Below, piece after piece: positions 14,477 through 28,500 of a stretch of DNA of 64,000 bases. Every line of letters begins with the position of its first letter. The stretch's first letter is position 1. The notes below the pieces were generated by a model, which saw only the letters and a list, made by a program, of their open reading frames with translations, was not told where the DNA came from and ran no database searches. The stretch is from the sequence record NC_047838.1. One strand, given 5' to 3'. The translations under genes and the position numbers were made by a program.

Positions 14477-16555
14477 ATGCCACTTGCAAATTTCTCTAAC
14501 TTAGATTTCGATCAAGTTAAGACAACACTCAGAGACTATCTAAAGTCTAATTCTAACTTTACAGACTATGATTTTGAAGGGTCGAACCTTTCGACCATTC
14601 TCGATGTCTTGGCATACAATACATACATCTCCTCATATAACGCAAACATGGTTGCGAATGAGGTTTTCCTTGATAGTGCAACTTTAAGAGAAAATATCGT
14701 TGCACTTGCAAGAAATATCGGATATGTACCTAGATCTAGGAAGTCGGCAAGGGCAACAGTCACCTTTTTTGTAGATACATCAAATATTACACCAACTCCA
14801 GCAACAATCACCCTTCATAAAGGTATTGTAGCAACAACTAGCGGCAGTTTTGGTAATGAATCGAAGGCATTTTGCATTTTAGAAGATATTTCAGTCCCAG
14901 TAGTCAATAATATTGCTAATTTTGAAGATATTTCAATTTATGAGGGAACTTTACTGAGTTCTAACTTTACTTACAGCACCAGAATTCCAAATCAGAAGTT
15001 TATCTTACCAAATGCTGGTGTTGACACTTCTCTTATTAGCGTTTTAGTCAAAAATAACGAAAATTCGTCAACTTCTGTCAAATACTCAAATCAAGATAGT
15101 CTTTTTGATATCGGCGGTGCTTCAAAAGTCTATTTTTTACAAGAAATCTCTGATGAGAGATATGAACTCTTCTTTGGTGATGGAATCTTCGGTAGAGCTC
15201 TTGAAGAAGGCAATTATGTTACCGTAAATTATATCGCATCAAATGGCGACTCTGGAAATGGCATTTCCTCTTTCCAGTTTTCGGGTAGATTGACCTACAC
15301 AAGGAACGCACAGACATATACAGTCACTTCGGGCATATCACTCCTAACAACGGGTTTATCGTCTTCTGGGGGCGATACAATCGAGTCTGTGGAGTCTATT
15401 CGTAAGTATGCACCAAGGATCTATGCATCGCAAAATAGAGCACTTACTGCAAATGACTATGAAACTCTGATCCCAGCAAGAATTTACCCTGAAACTGAAT
15501 CTATCTCTGTTTTTGGTGGTGAAGAGTTGGTTCCACCACAATACGGTAAGGTCTTTATTAGCATCAAACCAAGAACTGGTGATTTCTTACCTAACATCAT
15601 CAAACAGAACATCAAAACCAAACTTAAGAGATTCGCAGTTGCTGGAATTGTACCTGAAATTTTAGATCTGAAATATCTCTATATTGAGGTTGATTCAAAA
15701 GTATATTATAACTCGAACATGGCACCATCTGCGGCATTAGTGTCAACTGTTGTTCAAAATAATGCAAACAAGTATGCTGAATCATCAGAACTCAATAAGT
15801 ATGGTGCAAGATTCAAATACAGTAAGTTCCTTAAAGTTGTTGATGATAGTCATGAGTCTGTAACATCTAACATTACGACTCTTAGAATGAGAAGAGACTT
15901 AAGAGTTGTTTTGAATGGTTTTGCCGAGTATCAAATTGGTTTTGGTAATAGATTCCAAGTAAAAGATCCAGATGGATTCAATATCAAAACCTCTGCATTC
16001 AGAATTGATGGTATTCCTCAAGATGTTTACATGTCAGATCTTCCAAGACCTGATAGAGAGTCTGGATCTCTGTTCTTCTTCAGTTTACCATCAGTTGGTT
16101 CACAGCAACCAACAATTGTAAGAAGAAACGTTGGATTTATTGATTATGTAAATGGCGTAATCACTATGAACCCTGTCAATATTCAGGGTGGACTTGTTAA
16201 AGATGGTCAAACGATTATTGAGATTGAAGCAACGCCTAGTTCAAACGATGTTATCGGATTACAGGATCTTTATTTGCAACTAGATATAAGTAACAGTAAT
16301 TTTGAAACTGTCGTGGATGAAATATCTTCAGGTTTAGATCCTGCAGGTTCAAACTATATTGTCACCTCCAGTTATCCAAATGGAAATCTTGTGAGAGAAG
16401 GAGGAAGGGGATCTATTGTAAGATCCTCGACACCAACCACCACAACCTCATATACGAGCACAACCACAACCACAACGGCTTCAGTACCAACCACATCTAC
16501 CAGTACTTCTTCATCTTCGGGTGGATCAGGCACCGGTGGCGGCGGCGGTTACTAA
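14477..16555 (+). CDS. gp6: Baseplate wedge subunit gp6
   Basis: LDFDQVKTTL...DYDFEGSNLSTILDVLAYNT...SATLRENIV; QNRALTANDY. Confidence 0.93.
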   Translation: MPLANFSNLDFDQVKTTLRDYLKSNSNFTDYDFEGSNLSTILDVLAYNTYISSYNANMVANEVFLDSATLRENIVALARNIGYVPRSRKSARATVTFFVDTSNITPTPATITLHKGIVATTSGSFGNESKAFCILEDISVPVVNNIANFEDISIYEGTLLSSNFTYSTRIPNQKFILPNAGVDTSLISVLVKNNENSSTSVKYSNQDSLFDIGGASKVYFLQEISDERYELFFGDGIFGRALEEGNYVTVNYIASNGDSGNGISSFQFSGRLTYTRNAQTYTVTSGISLLTTGLSSSGGDTIESVESIRKYAPRIYASQNRALTANDYETLIPARIYPETESISVFGGEELVPPQYGKVFISIKPRTGDFLPNIIKQNIKTKLKRFAVAGIVPEILDLKYLYIEVDSKVYYNSNMAPSAALVSTVVQNNANKYAESSELNKYGARFKYSKFLKVVDDSHESVTSNITTLRMRRDLRVVLNGFAEYQIGFGNRFQVKDPDGFNIKTSAFRIDGIPQDVYMSDLPRPDRESGSLFFFSLPSVGSQQPTIVRRNVGFIDYVNGVITMNPVNIQGGLVKDGQTIIEIEATPSSNDVIGLQDLYLQLDISNSNFETVVDEISSGLDPAGSNYIVTSSYPNGNLVREGGRGSIVRSSTPTTTTSYTSTTTTTTASVPTTSTSTSSSSGGSGTGGGGGY

Positions 16556-16569
16556 TTTAAGGATATAAA

Positions 16570-19500
16570 ATGTCAGAGAAAAGAATTCAAATCAATTCGG
16601 TTGTCAAGAACCAGGTTCCTCAGTATGTGAGGGAGGATTATCCTTTAGTAACAGAGTTTTTAAAGCAATATTATATCTCTCAAGAATTTCAAGGTGCTCC
16701 TCTTGATTTAATTCAAAATATTGACAAATATGTAAAAATTGATGAAACAACCAATCTAACATCACATGTTGGATTGGGAACTGTAATTAATGCATATGAA
16801 AGCACTATCAATATTGATCTGGGCAAATTTCCAACAGGAACAGATGGATTCCCAGATTCATATGGTCTTTTAAAAATTGACGACGAAATTATTACATATA
16901 CTGGTAAAACCAGGTCCGCATTTACTGGTTGTGTAAGAGGATTTAGTGGAATCACTTCATACACATCTCCATCCAATCCAGAGGAACTTGTATTTGATAC
17001 CAGTGTTGGTGTAGCTCACACTTTTGGTGCAAAAGTTGAAAACTTAAGCAATCTTTTCCTTAAAAAGTTTTTATCAAAAACTAAAAACCAACTATTACCT
17101 GGTCTAGAAGATAGACCATTTGATAGTCAGTTAAATGAAAAAGTTTTCATTAAACAGTCAAAGGATTTCTATCTCTCTAAAGGAACTGATAAATCTTTTG
17201 AAATTTTGTTCAAAGCATTATATGCTGAAAACGCAAAAATCGTAAGACCTGGTGAATTTCTTTTTACCCCTTCAAATGCTCAGTATAATGTAACTAATGA
17301 TTTGGTCGTAGAACCAATTACTGGTGATCCTAGTAATTTGGAACTGATGACCTTATTCCAAGATGCTTTTGGAGATACTGAACGAGCATATGCTCCAGTT
17401 AGCAGCGTAGAGGAAATTATTACAGGTACAGGTCAAACTTTTTATAGACTGAGTGTTGATGCAGGTTATAATAAAGATATTAGAGTTGATGGTAGCACAT
17501 ATGGTGCTTTTACAGTTCAACCAAAAACTAGAGTAATTGGTAATGTTGGAATCGGTTTAACTGTACTTGACGTTGACTCAACTGTTGGTTTCGGAACAAG
17601 TGGAACTCTTAGAGTAACTTTTGATGATAATACCGTTGGTATTGTATCATATAAGTCAAAATCTTTGACTCAATTTTTTAATATTACAGGTATTGGTAAA
17701 ACTATTCTTGATTCCACAATTGTTGGAGTTAATACTTTTGCTTATGGAAAGTCAAAAAATGATATTAACGAAACAATTCAAGTCAGAATTAATTCTGTAA
17801 TTAATGATTGTGAGCATCCTGGTGCATATCAACAAGGTAAAAATGATACGATCTTAATCAAAACACTTGGTATTGGAAATACTACTTTCAAGTATAAAAA
17901 TTGGTACTATAACACTGCACCATCATATACTGTAGAATCAGTTTCTCTGCAGGACGCTTCAGATAATACTTATAGAGTAACTCTTAATAAAGATCATTAT
18001 TTTAGAGTAGGTGATAGACTCACAGTAAAAGCATCTGCTAGTGGAAATAAACCATTATCAACAGTTACCAAAATTGTTAATGAAAGATCTTTCTTGATTA
18101 AGGGTCAAGGTCTCCTTAATGTATCTGAAACATTTACTGTAAGTAGATCTCTCTTAAAAGCAGAATCAAACGATTTCCCCGGTTCTGCAGTTTATTCTGC
18201 CAACGTTCAAAACGTTTACAAAGAAAAATATAAAGATGATATTATTGTAGCATCATCTTCACTTCCCTTTTATAACGCTAACTCTTTGAATGCCGATTCA
18301 AGAGCAGTAGTTTTCTCTGGCACCTTTATTGGAGATGAGTTTGAAATTATATTAACAGGTGATCACGGTTTCTACACTGGTGATGCACTTTATTATACTC
18401 CAGAGAAAGTTGAGCAATCATCTACAAATAGACAAACAGGTATTACTTCTACCACAACAGTTTTAGGAACATCACTTTTTGGTGGTAATACTGGAGGAGA
18501 AGGTCTCTACTTTGTTAAGAGAATTACTGCAAGAACAATTAAACTGTCTAAGAGTAGAACTGACATTTACAACAATAAGTTTGTTACCCTAGAGAGTTCA
18601 ACTCCTGTTACAAATAACAAATTTGATTTATATGATTTTAGACAAAGAACGTTAGAAACTCAAAAACTCTACAGAAAGTTCTCAACTCCAATTGATGATG
18701 GCACCGTAACTCTTACAAATCCAGGATTTACTGGACTTCTTTTAAATGGCGTTGAGATATTAAATTACAAATCTAATGATGTAATTAAGTATGGTGAAGT
18801 AAGAAGAATTGATGTATTGAACGGTGGTGATGATTATGATGTAATTAATCCACCTGTACTGCATGTTGAGGATTCTGTTGGAACTGGTGTAACAGGAACT
18901 GTGTCTGTATCTGGTTCTCTCCAAGAAATCAGAATTATTGATCCTGGATTTGACTATGAAGAGGTTCCAAAGATTAGAATTACTGGAGGAAATGGTCAAG
19001 GAGCTGAAGCAACTGCATCTTTAAAAAAAGTAGAGCATAAGATTTCATTTAACGCTGACCTCGCTACTAGGGTTGGTTTAGGAACGACTGGTTCTTTACC
19101 CTCAACAATCGGATTTGGCACATTCCACAAGTTCAAAACTGGAGAGAAAGTTTTATACATTTCAGATGATCAAACTGTAATTGGAGGTCTTACTACAAAT
19201 ACTTCTTACTTTGTATCTCAGGTTGGATTAACAACCGTTAGATTACACCCAACCCAAGTAGATGCTGTTTCTGGTATTAACACCATCGTACTTACATCCT
19301 TTGGTTCAGGAGTACAATTCCTTAAAGCACATAAAGATAAGTCAGTTCTTGAATCAATTACCGTTATAAACGGTGGTGAAAACTATGAGAATAAAAAGAG
19401 GAATGTTTTCCCAGTTGGAATTAATACGGCGTTAAATACAGTTAATTCTGTAAACCATGACTTTGAGTCTGGTGAGATTGTTAAGTATACCTGCAAAGGA

Positions 19501-22500
19501 ACACCAGTTTCTGGATTAACTACAGATACTGAATATTATGTTACCAAAGTCGATGATAACAACTTTAAGTTATCAACAGTTGGTGTTGCGACAGAAAAAG
19601 ATATTTTCTACAGAACCAACAGACATGTAAATTTAACCTCTGTTGGCGTTGGAACTCATTTCTTTAACTATCCTGATATTAATGTTTCCCTAGTTGGAAA
19701 AGTAGGATTAGCATCTACAGGCAACACTTCTTTTGAAGCGTCTATTCAACCCATCTTTAGAGGTCAAGTAACATCTGTTGATCTTACTGCTAATGGAGTT
19801 GGATATGGTGTATCAGAAGTTATTAACCTTGAAAGACTTCCTATTGTTACACTTGGTGTTGGTTCTGATGCACAATTAAAACCAATTATTAAAAATGGTG
19901 CTATTGATGAAGTTATTGTTGATAACCAAGGATCTGGATATGTTTCTCTTCCTGACCTGATTATTGATGGAGATGGAGTTGGTGCTGTTCTGACCCCTGT
20001 TACAAAAACTGTAGGATCAGGATCAACTGAAACCAAAGTAATTGATTATATTAAAGTTGTTTCGGGTGGACAAAATTATACTCAAGATGAAACTACAGTT
20101 ACAGTATCACCTGCTGGATCTGGAGCACAATTCTTACCAATCTTGCAAGAATGGAGAATCAACTTAGTTGAAAGATTCTTTAACACTAACAAAATCACCT
20201 CCGATGATGGTTTTATCACCAGGGGGGTAAATGATGCCTATGGTCTGCAATATTCGCACCTGTACGCTCCTAGACCCCTTAGAGAGTCTCTTTCTCCAAG
20301 CGATCAGTTCGGTAATACAATCTTTAGAAAAAATGATATTGTTAAAGTAAACGGTATTGAGGTTGCATCAAAGGATCACTCACCAATTATCGGATATGCC
20401 TATGATGGTAATCCAATTTACGGACCATATGGTTACTCTGGTTTAAATGGTGGTGTAATCACTCAGTTAAAGTCAGGATATAGTGAAGACTCTTTAACAA
20501 AGCAGCAAAGACCTCCAATTAGTGTTTTCCCTGGTGGATTCTTTATTGAAGACTATACTTATAAAGATGTTGTTGACGAATCTGTCTTAGACAAAAATAA
20601 TGGTAGATTCTGCGTTACCCCAGAATTTCCAAATGGAACCTATGCATACTTTGCAACTATTGATGATTCTACTGCTCAAGGACAGGGAGCAGTATTTGCA
20701 GGATTCAAACTTCCTAAGTTCCCTTACTTAGTTGGAGATGCGTACCACTCTAAACCTGATGAGTTCAACTACAGGTATGATTCAAACCAGGATGATTTTG
20801 ACTTAAATGGTTCTGATTACTGCAGAAATACTGTACCACATAATTTAATTGACGGAAACGTATCATATCCATATATTACCACTCCAAACAAACTAACACA
20901 ATCTGTTGATGTATTAGCAGTAAGCCCAGGTAAAGTTGAATCTATTGGAATTGAAACTGGCGGTGATGGGTATAAGGTTGGTGATACGATCTTATTTGAC
21001 AATACAAACACTCAGGGTTCAGGCGCTATTGCAAAGGTAACAACTTTGAAGGGCAAGCAAGTTAATAGTGTTAGTGTTGCCACTAGTTCAATTACAGGAG
21101 TTGAAATCTTACCTTCTTCTGCAAAAGGTGACTATATCCTCTTTGCAGACAATCCTCACAACTTTAAGAAGTTTAATAGAGTTTTAATCACGGGATTATC
21201 AACAACTTCGTCTAAGATTGGTGGATCTTATCCTGTAGGAGTTTCCTCCAATAGACTTACTCTGGTTGGTGTTGGAACATCATCCTCTGGTGTTGGAACT
21301 GTTGGTGCTACCGGAATTGTCACCTATTTTAAAGTAACTGGCGATTTAAATTTCCCTCAAATAAGAGAGAACGACATTCTCGGAATCGGCACCGAGCAAG
21401 TAAGAGTGTTGAATGTTGACGTACTTAACTCAAGAATCAGAGTTCTTCGTGGGGTAAATGGTGTTGTTGGAGCATCTCACACTATTACTTCAACACTTCT
21501 TGAAGACCCCAGAAAACTTACAATTAACGCTGGATTTAAAACAACGTATGCACCAAGAAGGAATAGACAAATTTACTTTGATCCTTCTGAGAGCGTTGGT
21601 TTAGGAACTGCTACTGGTGTTGGCATCGGTTCTACAATCGTATTTGCTAACCCTGGAGCAGGATTGACGAGAATTGATATTCCCACAAAGGGAATCTATA
21701 TTCCTTATCATGGTTTAGAGACTGGAGATCAACTTACATATTCTCCCGGAAATGGTAGTGGAATTGATGTACAGAATATCGTAGGTGCTGCATCAACTTT
21801 ATCCAACAATCAAACATTATTTGCTGCAAAGATTTCAAGAGATGTTATTGGTATTTCTACAGTTAAAGTTGGACTGGGAACCACAGGTTCATTTGTTGGA
21901 ATTGCATCCACTCAAAGAAATATAAGCACCTTATTCTTTACTGGATTTGGAACTGGTGTCTACCATAGTTTCCAAACCAACTTCTCAGTCATTACCGCAG
22001 AACTTAGGAGAAAAGAAGTAACAGTTCAAACAAAACAAGCTCATGGTATTCAAGGAAATCATGAAGTTATTATTGATGTAAACCCATCAATTTCAACGAC
22101 AGTTACCTTAAAATATAATGATTACAGCAGACGATTGATTGCCAATCCAAAGTCTTTTGCATCGTCTGGTGTTAATACTACAACTAATACAATCACTATT
22201 TCTGGTCACGGATATGTAACTGGACAGAAAGTCCTGCATACGGCATCCAATCCTGCAGAAGGGTTGTCTGATAATGCAATCTACTACATCGTGAGAGTTG
22301 ACGACGATTCATTCAAACTGACTAACACTAGATACGATTCTACTTTAGGAAAACCTCAAGTTGTTGGTATTACTAGTGTTTCATCGGGAACTATTAATCT
22401 GATCAATCCTCAGATTGACGTGATTAAAGATTCAACAGTTGAGTTTGATTTATCTGACTCCTCTTTGGCATATACTGCACAGGGTATTAGTTATCCTGCA

Positions 22501-25500
22501 TTCCAACTGAATTTCTATCTTGATAATCAGCATACTAAGATTTGGAATACAAGTTTCACTAATAAAACGTTTGAAATTGCAAGATCTGGTAAAGTTGGTG
22601 TTGATACCGATGCAAAAGTTACTCTTACTGTAAATTCAGATATCCCTCAACAACTATACTACAAGTTTGATACCGTAGATGAAAGCGACGTTCCTTTGGT
22701 AAAAAGTGGTATTGTCACAGATACTGACGTTACTTCTTACAATCAAATTAATGTTAAAGAGAGTCTGTATAATGGCAGATATGCTGTTTCAGTTGCTGCA
22801 ACCAATTCATTTAACTATTACGTTGAAGAAACTCCCGAAAGAGTTTCCTATGCAGGAACTACCTCCAAATTATCTTATATTACCGATTGCACTCATACCA
22901 CCGGTGCGATTAATGCATTTACTATTCAGAATGGTGGTGTAAATTACTACTCACTTCCAGGCATTAGTACGATTGTAGGTGTAGGTACATCAAGCACAGG
23001 AAGTGGTGCAATTATTTCGGTTGCAAGCACATCCATCGGTCAAATCAAGAAAACTATCATTAATGATATCGGATTTGACTTCCCATCAGACACGACTCTG
23101 AAACCAAGCACAGCAATTCCTCAGATTGTAACGATTGAATCCCTGAATTCATTTGAGTCTATTGGAATTACTTCAAATGGAAGAGGATATACCGTAGCCC
23201 CCAAACTGGTTGTTGTTGATGGAAAGACCAAGAAACAAGTAAAAGATGTTGACATCGGATACACTATCGGTGATTCAAACGTAACTATCTTCAAAAATAC
23301 CTTTGGTATCAATAATGTTCTCCCAAGCATTATTCCAACATCAAACAGTAACGGCGTTGGTATTAGAACAGTTGGATTTAATACCGTTACAAAGGATGTA
23401 ACGATTGGTATTGATACTGGATTTAGTTCTGGATCAACATTCCCGTTTGTAGTGGGAGATAAAGTTCTTATTGAAGGTGTTAGTATTGGTATTGGGTCTA
23501 CTGGACTTGGATATAACTCTGAGGAGTTTGAATACAAACTGTTTGAATTGACGGCAGTAGATGCAAACGTTGGTGGACTTGGATCTGTTACCTATAACAT
23601 GAGTGGTGACATTCCATCTGGATTGACCACTCCTGGATCATATGATGCTCCAAACTCTGTTGGAGCAAGAATTATTCCTGAAAGATTCTTCCCTAACTTT
23701 GATATTAGACTGCAGCAAAATAATTTCTTTAATGGAGAAACTGTAAAGAGTAAGTCTGCATCAGGAACTGTTGAGTTCTGGGATGATAAAACTAATACTT
23801 TAAGAATTTCATCAGTTGATACCTTTGTTACTGATGAGATAATTAGAGGATCTACGTCAAGAACTGAGGGTGTTGCGACTGAGGTAAGATCATATGAATC
23901 TTATCTTAAGATGGGTGCTACATCTGAAGTGTTAAAAGGACATCAGAACGATTCTGGATTCCTTAATGCTAACATGCAAAGAGTGCAGGATAGTGATTAC
24001 TATCAGACATTTGCTTATTCAATCAATTCAAGAATTCCTTTTGATACTTGGGATGACGTTGTTTCTTCTACAAACCACACAATTGGTTATAAGAAATTTG
24101 CAGATTATCAACTTGAGTCTACAGCATCTATTAACGTTGGTCTGGCAACAGATGTTTCTTACTTTGATCAAGTAAATGAACTTGTTGGAGTTGCGGATCT
24201 CAACTGTGTATATGACTTTGACCTTGTAAGCGAAAACTTCCTTAATGTAGGATCAAAAGTTCTTTCTACTGAAGTTAGATTTGCAAATAGAATTCTTCAA
24301 GACTTCCTTGAGTCTGTAGGAAACAGAGTTCTGTCAATTGATGATGTAAGTAGTCAATTCAATAGCAATCCTAGAGCAACTAAGTTTAGTATTGCAAATA
24401 CCTTTGCTCTTTCATCCAGAAGAGCGATGAAGTATATTACTTATGTAAGAGATACTCGTTATACAGCTCAGCGTCAATTAATGATTGTTGACCTCATTCA
24501 TGACGGATCTCGTGGATATATTAATCAGTATGGTAGAGTTGAAAGCACTTATGATCAAGGTTCATTTGACTTCACCATTTCTGGAACTGAGGGTCAATTG
24601 CAATTCTTCCCAACTAAGTTCTCTGTAAATGATTATCAGATTGCTGCTATCTCTTATAATCTTGATGATAACTTACTGAGCACTGGTAGTACTTCTATCG
24701 GTGGGGTTACTCTAATTGAATCTGATAGCACAACCATCGGAGTTGGTGTTGGAACAACTGCAATCGTAAGTATTGCAAACACTCACAACTCTGTTAAGGT
24801 GATGCTCGAAATCACACCTGACATTAATAATACAAGTGAGTTTGAATTTAATAATTTAAATGTTGTTCATAACGGAACTGATATTGAAATCCTTGAATAC
24901 GGTCAACTTAACACATCACTTACAGGTGATGCAGACGTTGGACTTGGAACATATAGTGCTGCGTTTGTTGGGTCGAACCTTGAAATAAGGTTCCACCCAA
25001 GATCTGGTGTTGGTATCGGAACTACAGGTGTAATTAACACTATTCAAGTTGGTTTGGCTACCGCAGGTATTACTGGTATCGGCACAGTCGATATGAAGCA
25101 CGCCAGAATTGAAGGTAGAACTACAAGTATTTCCTCCTCTGGTACACCTGGTATTCATACAGTTGCATCTTATCCTGATACTTATGATGTTGCCTACTTT
25201 GTTGCTCAAGTTGCAGACACCTCAAATAATCAATATGAGATGGCAGAGATCATCGTGGTTGATGATTTTGAGAGTGGTGGAAGCACTCAAGAAACATATG
25301 ATACTGAATTTGGTGAAGTAGGAACCTCAGTTGGTCTTGGAACATTCGGAACAAGAGTCTCTGCTGCAGGAACTACAGAGTTAATGTTTACACCTGCTGC
25401 CAGCATTAATACTGTTGTTAATGTCTACATGAACGCAATTAGGCATGAAGACGATGCTAAAGATAACATCGACTTCACTAATGCTTTGATTGAATCTGGA

Positions 25501-28500
25501 TTTGCTACTTATGAAGGAACTGAAAGAGACATCAAGAGAGCATTTGAATTAAAGCATGAAACTGATAATATCTTTGATCGATCTTTTGAAGGTAACAATT
25601 CTGATATCGTTAATACAACGACTAATACGATCACCTTACCAAATCACTTCTTCGTAACAGGTGAAAAGATCACATATAATCATGCAGGTGCAGGAACATC
25701 GCAAGCAATTGGTATTGCATCAACTTCATTTGTTGGGGTTGGTACAACATCTCTACTTCCAGGCAACTTATTTGTCGTTAAAGTAAATGATGATGAAATT
25801 AAAGTTGCCTCTAGCGCACAGAATGCTCTTAAGGCTATCCCTGAAGTAGTAGATCTCACAAGTGTTGGTATTGGCACATCTCACAGATTTACAGCGATCA
25901 ATCAAAATGCTAAGGGAATTATTGCCCTTGACAATATGATTCAATCTCCGATTGTTTCAACCGCTGTGACAACCACACTTGCAGATCAGATGTTCTCGAC
26001 TGATGACACTCTGAAACTTGCAGGAATTACATCAATTAAAGGAAGTGACCTTCTGAAGATTGGAGATGAAATTATTAGAGTTGATGGTGTTGGTATTGGT
26101 AGTACAAATGCTTTAACTCTAAGAAGAGGATGGATGGGAACTGGAGTTGCTTATGCTGCAACTGGTGCTCTGGTGACAAAAGTTGTTGGTAACTACAATA
26201 TTGTTGATAACGTCCTCCACTTTGTTGATGCTCCATTCGGTAATACACCAATTGGCACAGACACTAATCCACCTGATGCTAGAGACTTCCAGGGTATCTC
26301 AACCAGTTCTAGTTTCCAAGGAAGAATTTTCCTTAGAAGTGGCGTAGAGGATTCCTCAAATGAGACTTACCATAAGAATTATATCTTCGATGATATTTCC
26401 AATCAATTTAATGGAAGTCAGAAGGAGTTTACTCTCAAGCAAAACGGTTCTGATGTTACTGGTATTGCAACTGAGACTGGTGTTATTCTTGTTAGTGATA
26501 TTTTCCAAACTCCTGGAAGCACCAATCAATATACGATGTCTGAGAATGCAGGTATTACCTCAATCTCATTTGTTGGTTCTGCTGTCTCAAATACGTCGGA
26601 TATCAGAACCTCTACAGTTCCTGTGGGCGGTGTGATTGTTTCCGTTGGATCAACTGAGGGATTTGGTTATCAACCTTTGGTTGCTGCTGGCGGAACTGCT
26701 GCAGTTTCTATCGCGGGAACGATTCAATCCATCAGTATTGGTAATAGTGGATCTGGTTACAGACCTGGTGCTCAAACTGTAAATGTTGGAGTTGCAACCA
26801 CATCTCTTACTGGTTCAAACAGATTGAATATTGGAACTGCCTCGATTAGTGGTGGACATATCGTTAGTGTTGCAATCACCAATCCTGGAACTGGATATAC
26901 TTCTACTGAACCTCCTGTTGTAATCTTTGATGATCCCATCAGTTATAGCGACATTCCTTTAGTTTACAGTTCAACATCAGCTGGTCTTGGGACTGGAGCA
27001 AAGATTGATATTGTTGTGGGTCAAGGATCTAGTGTTATTGATTTTGAGATCAGAAATACTGGATATGGTTATGGTAATAATGAAACTCTGACTGTATCCA
27101 TCGGAGGAACAGTCGGTATTCCAACTGACACTACTAAGACTTTCCAAGAGTTCCAGATTACTGTAGATGACATCGCAACTGATGAATTTACTGGATGGTC
27201 TGTTGGCGAACTCCAGGTTATGGATAATATTGAACAGTTCATCAACGGATCAAGAACAAACTTCCCAATTGAATTGAATGGAGTAGTTACTTCTATTGTC
27301 GCAGGTAAGGGATCCAAAGTTAATGTCCAAGATGTGCTTTTGGTCTTTGTCAATAACATTCTGCAAGTTCCTGGAAAGGGTTACATCTTTAACGGTGGAA
27401 GTCAGATTGAATTTACTGAGGCACCTAAGATTGGTGACAGCGTAGAAATCATCTTCTACAAAGGAACTGGTGCTCAGGACGTTGTTCTTAGAGAAGTTCT
27501 TGAAACTGTAAAACAGGGTGATACTTTGCAACTTCAGTCTGATGATCAATTCCTCGATGAAGATGTAAGGTCTGTTGATCTCGTGACTGGAACTGACGTT
27601 GCACAAACAAACACTTATTCTGGTCCAGGTAATATTCAAAATACTGCATTACTGAGACCTGTAATTTGGTGCAGACAAACTGAGGACAAGTTCATTAATG
27701 AGCAGGAAGTTGGTAAAGACAGAGAAATCTATGAACCTCTGGTCAGTCCTACTGCACATATCATTAAGAATGTTGGAGTTGGATCAACGGCAATCTATGT
27801 TGATACCCTGAGACCTCTATTTAATGTGTTTAATGAAGTTGAAGATAAGTCCAACTTACTTTTTCAAGATAAAGTTAAGTTTATCACTCAAGAAGATAAA
27901 GTATCTGCTGCAGGAACTGCATTAGTTTCTGCCGCTGGTACAATTACATCAGTCGCTATCTCCACCGGTGGCGTTGGATATTCTACCGCACAAGTCAGTT
28001 TTGCAAGCACCGCTGCTGGTATTGGTATAGGAACCACGACGACAGCACTTGGAACGGTAACTATCGGAGCAGCAGGGACAATTACTGGTGTAGCAATTAC
28101 TAATCCTGGTCTTGGTTATACTCAAACTAATCCTCCCCTTGTTCTGTTCTCGCCTCCTACAAGAGGTGTTGAGGAAAATAAAGTTGTTTCCTATATCGGA
28201 GACTCTGGAGTTATCGTTGGATTCGGAACTACCTCTGTCGGAATCGGAACTACACAATTCATTCTTGATCTTCACATTCCTAGTGATTCTTTCCTTAGAA
28301 ATGCAGGTCTTACAACTGGAGTTGTCTCCGCCGCGATTACTGCAAGTTCCTTAAGTGCCGGTGATTATTTTGTGGTCTTTGGATCAAATGTTGGATCGGC
28401 AACAACGTCTATTACAGCACTTGATTCCTCTGGTGCAACAGTTGGTATTGGAACATCTCATATAGATAATGTATATCAAGTGGCAAGTTCTGAAACTGTC

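Noticed and set aside
16420-16552. ACC/ACA-rich tract as a microsatellite or contingency locus
   Set aside because: Codons vary and the tract is in frame, encoding a low-complexity S/T/G tail rather than a perfect slippage repeat.
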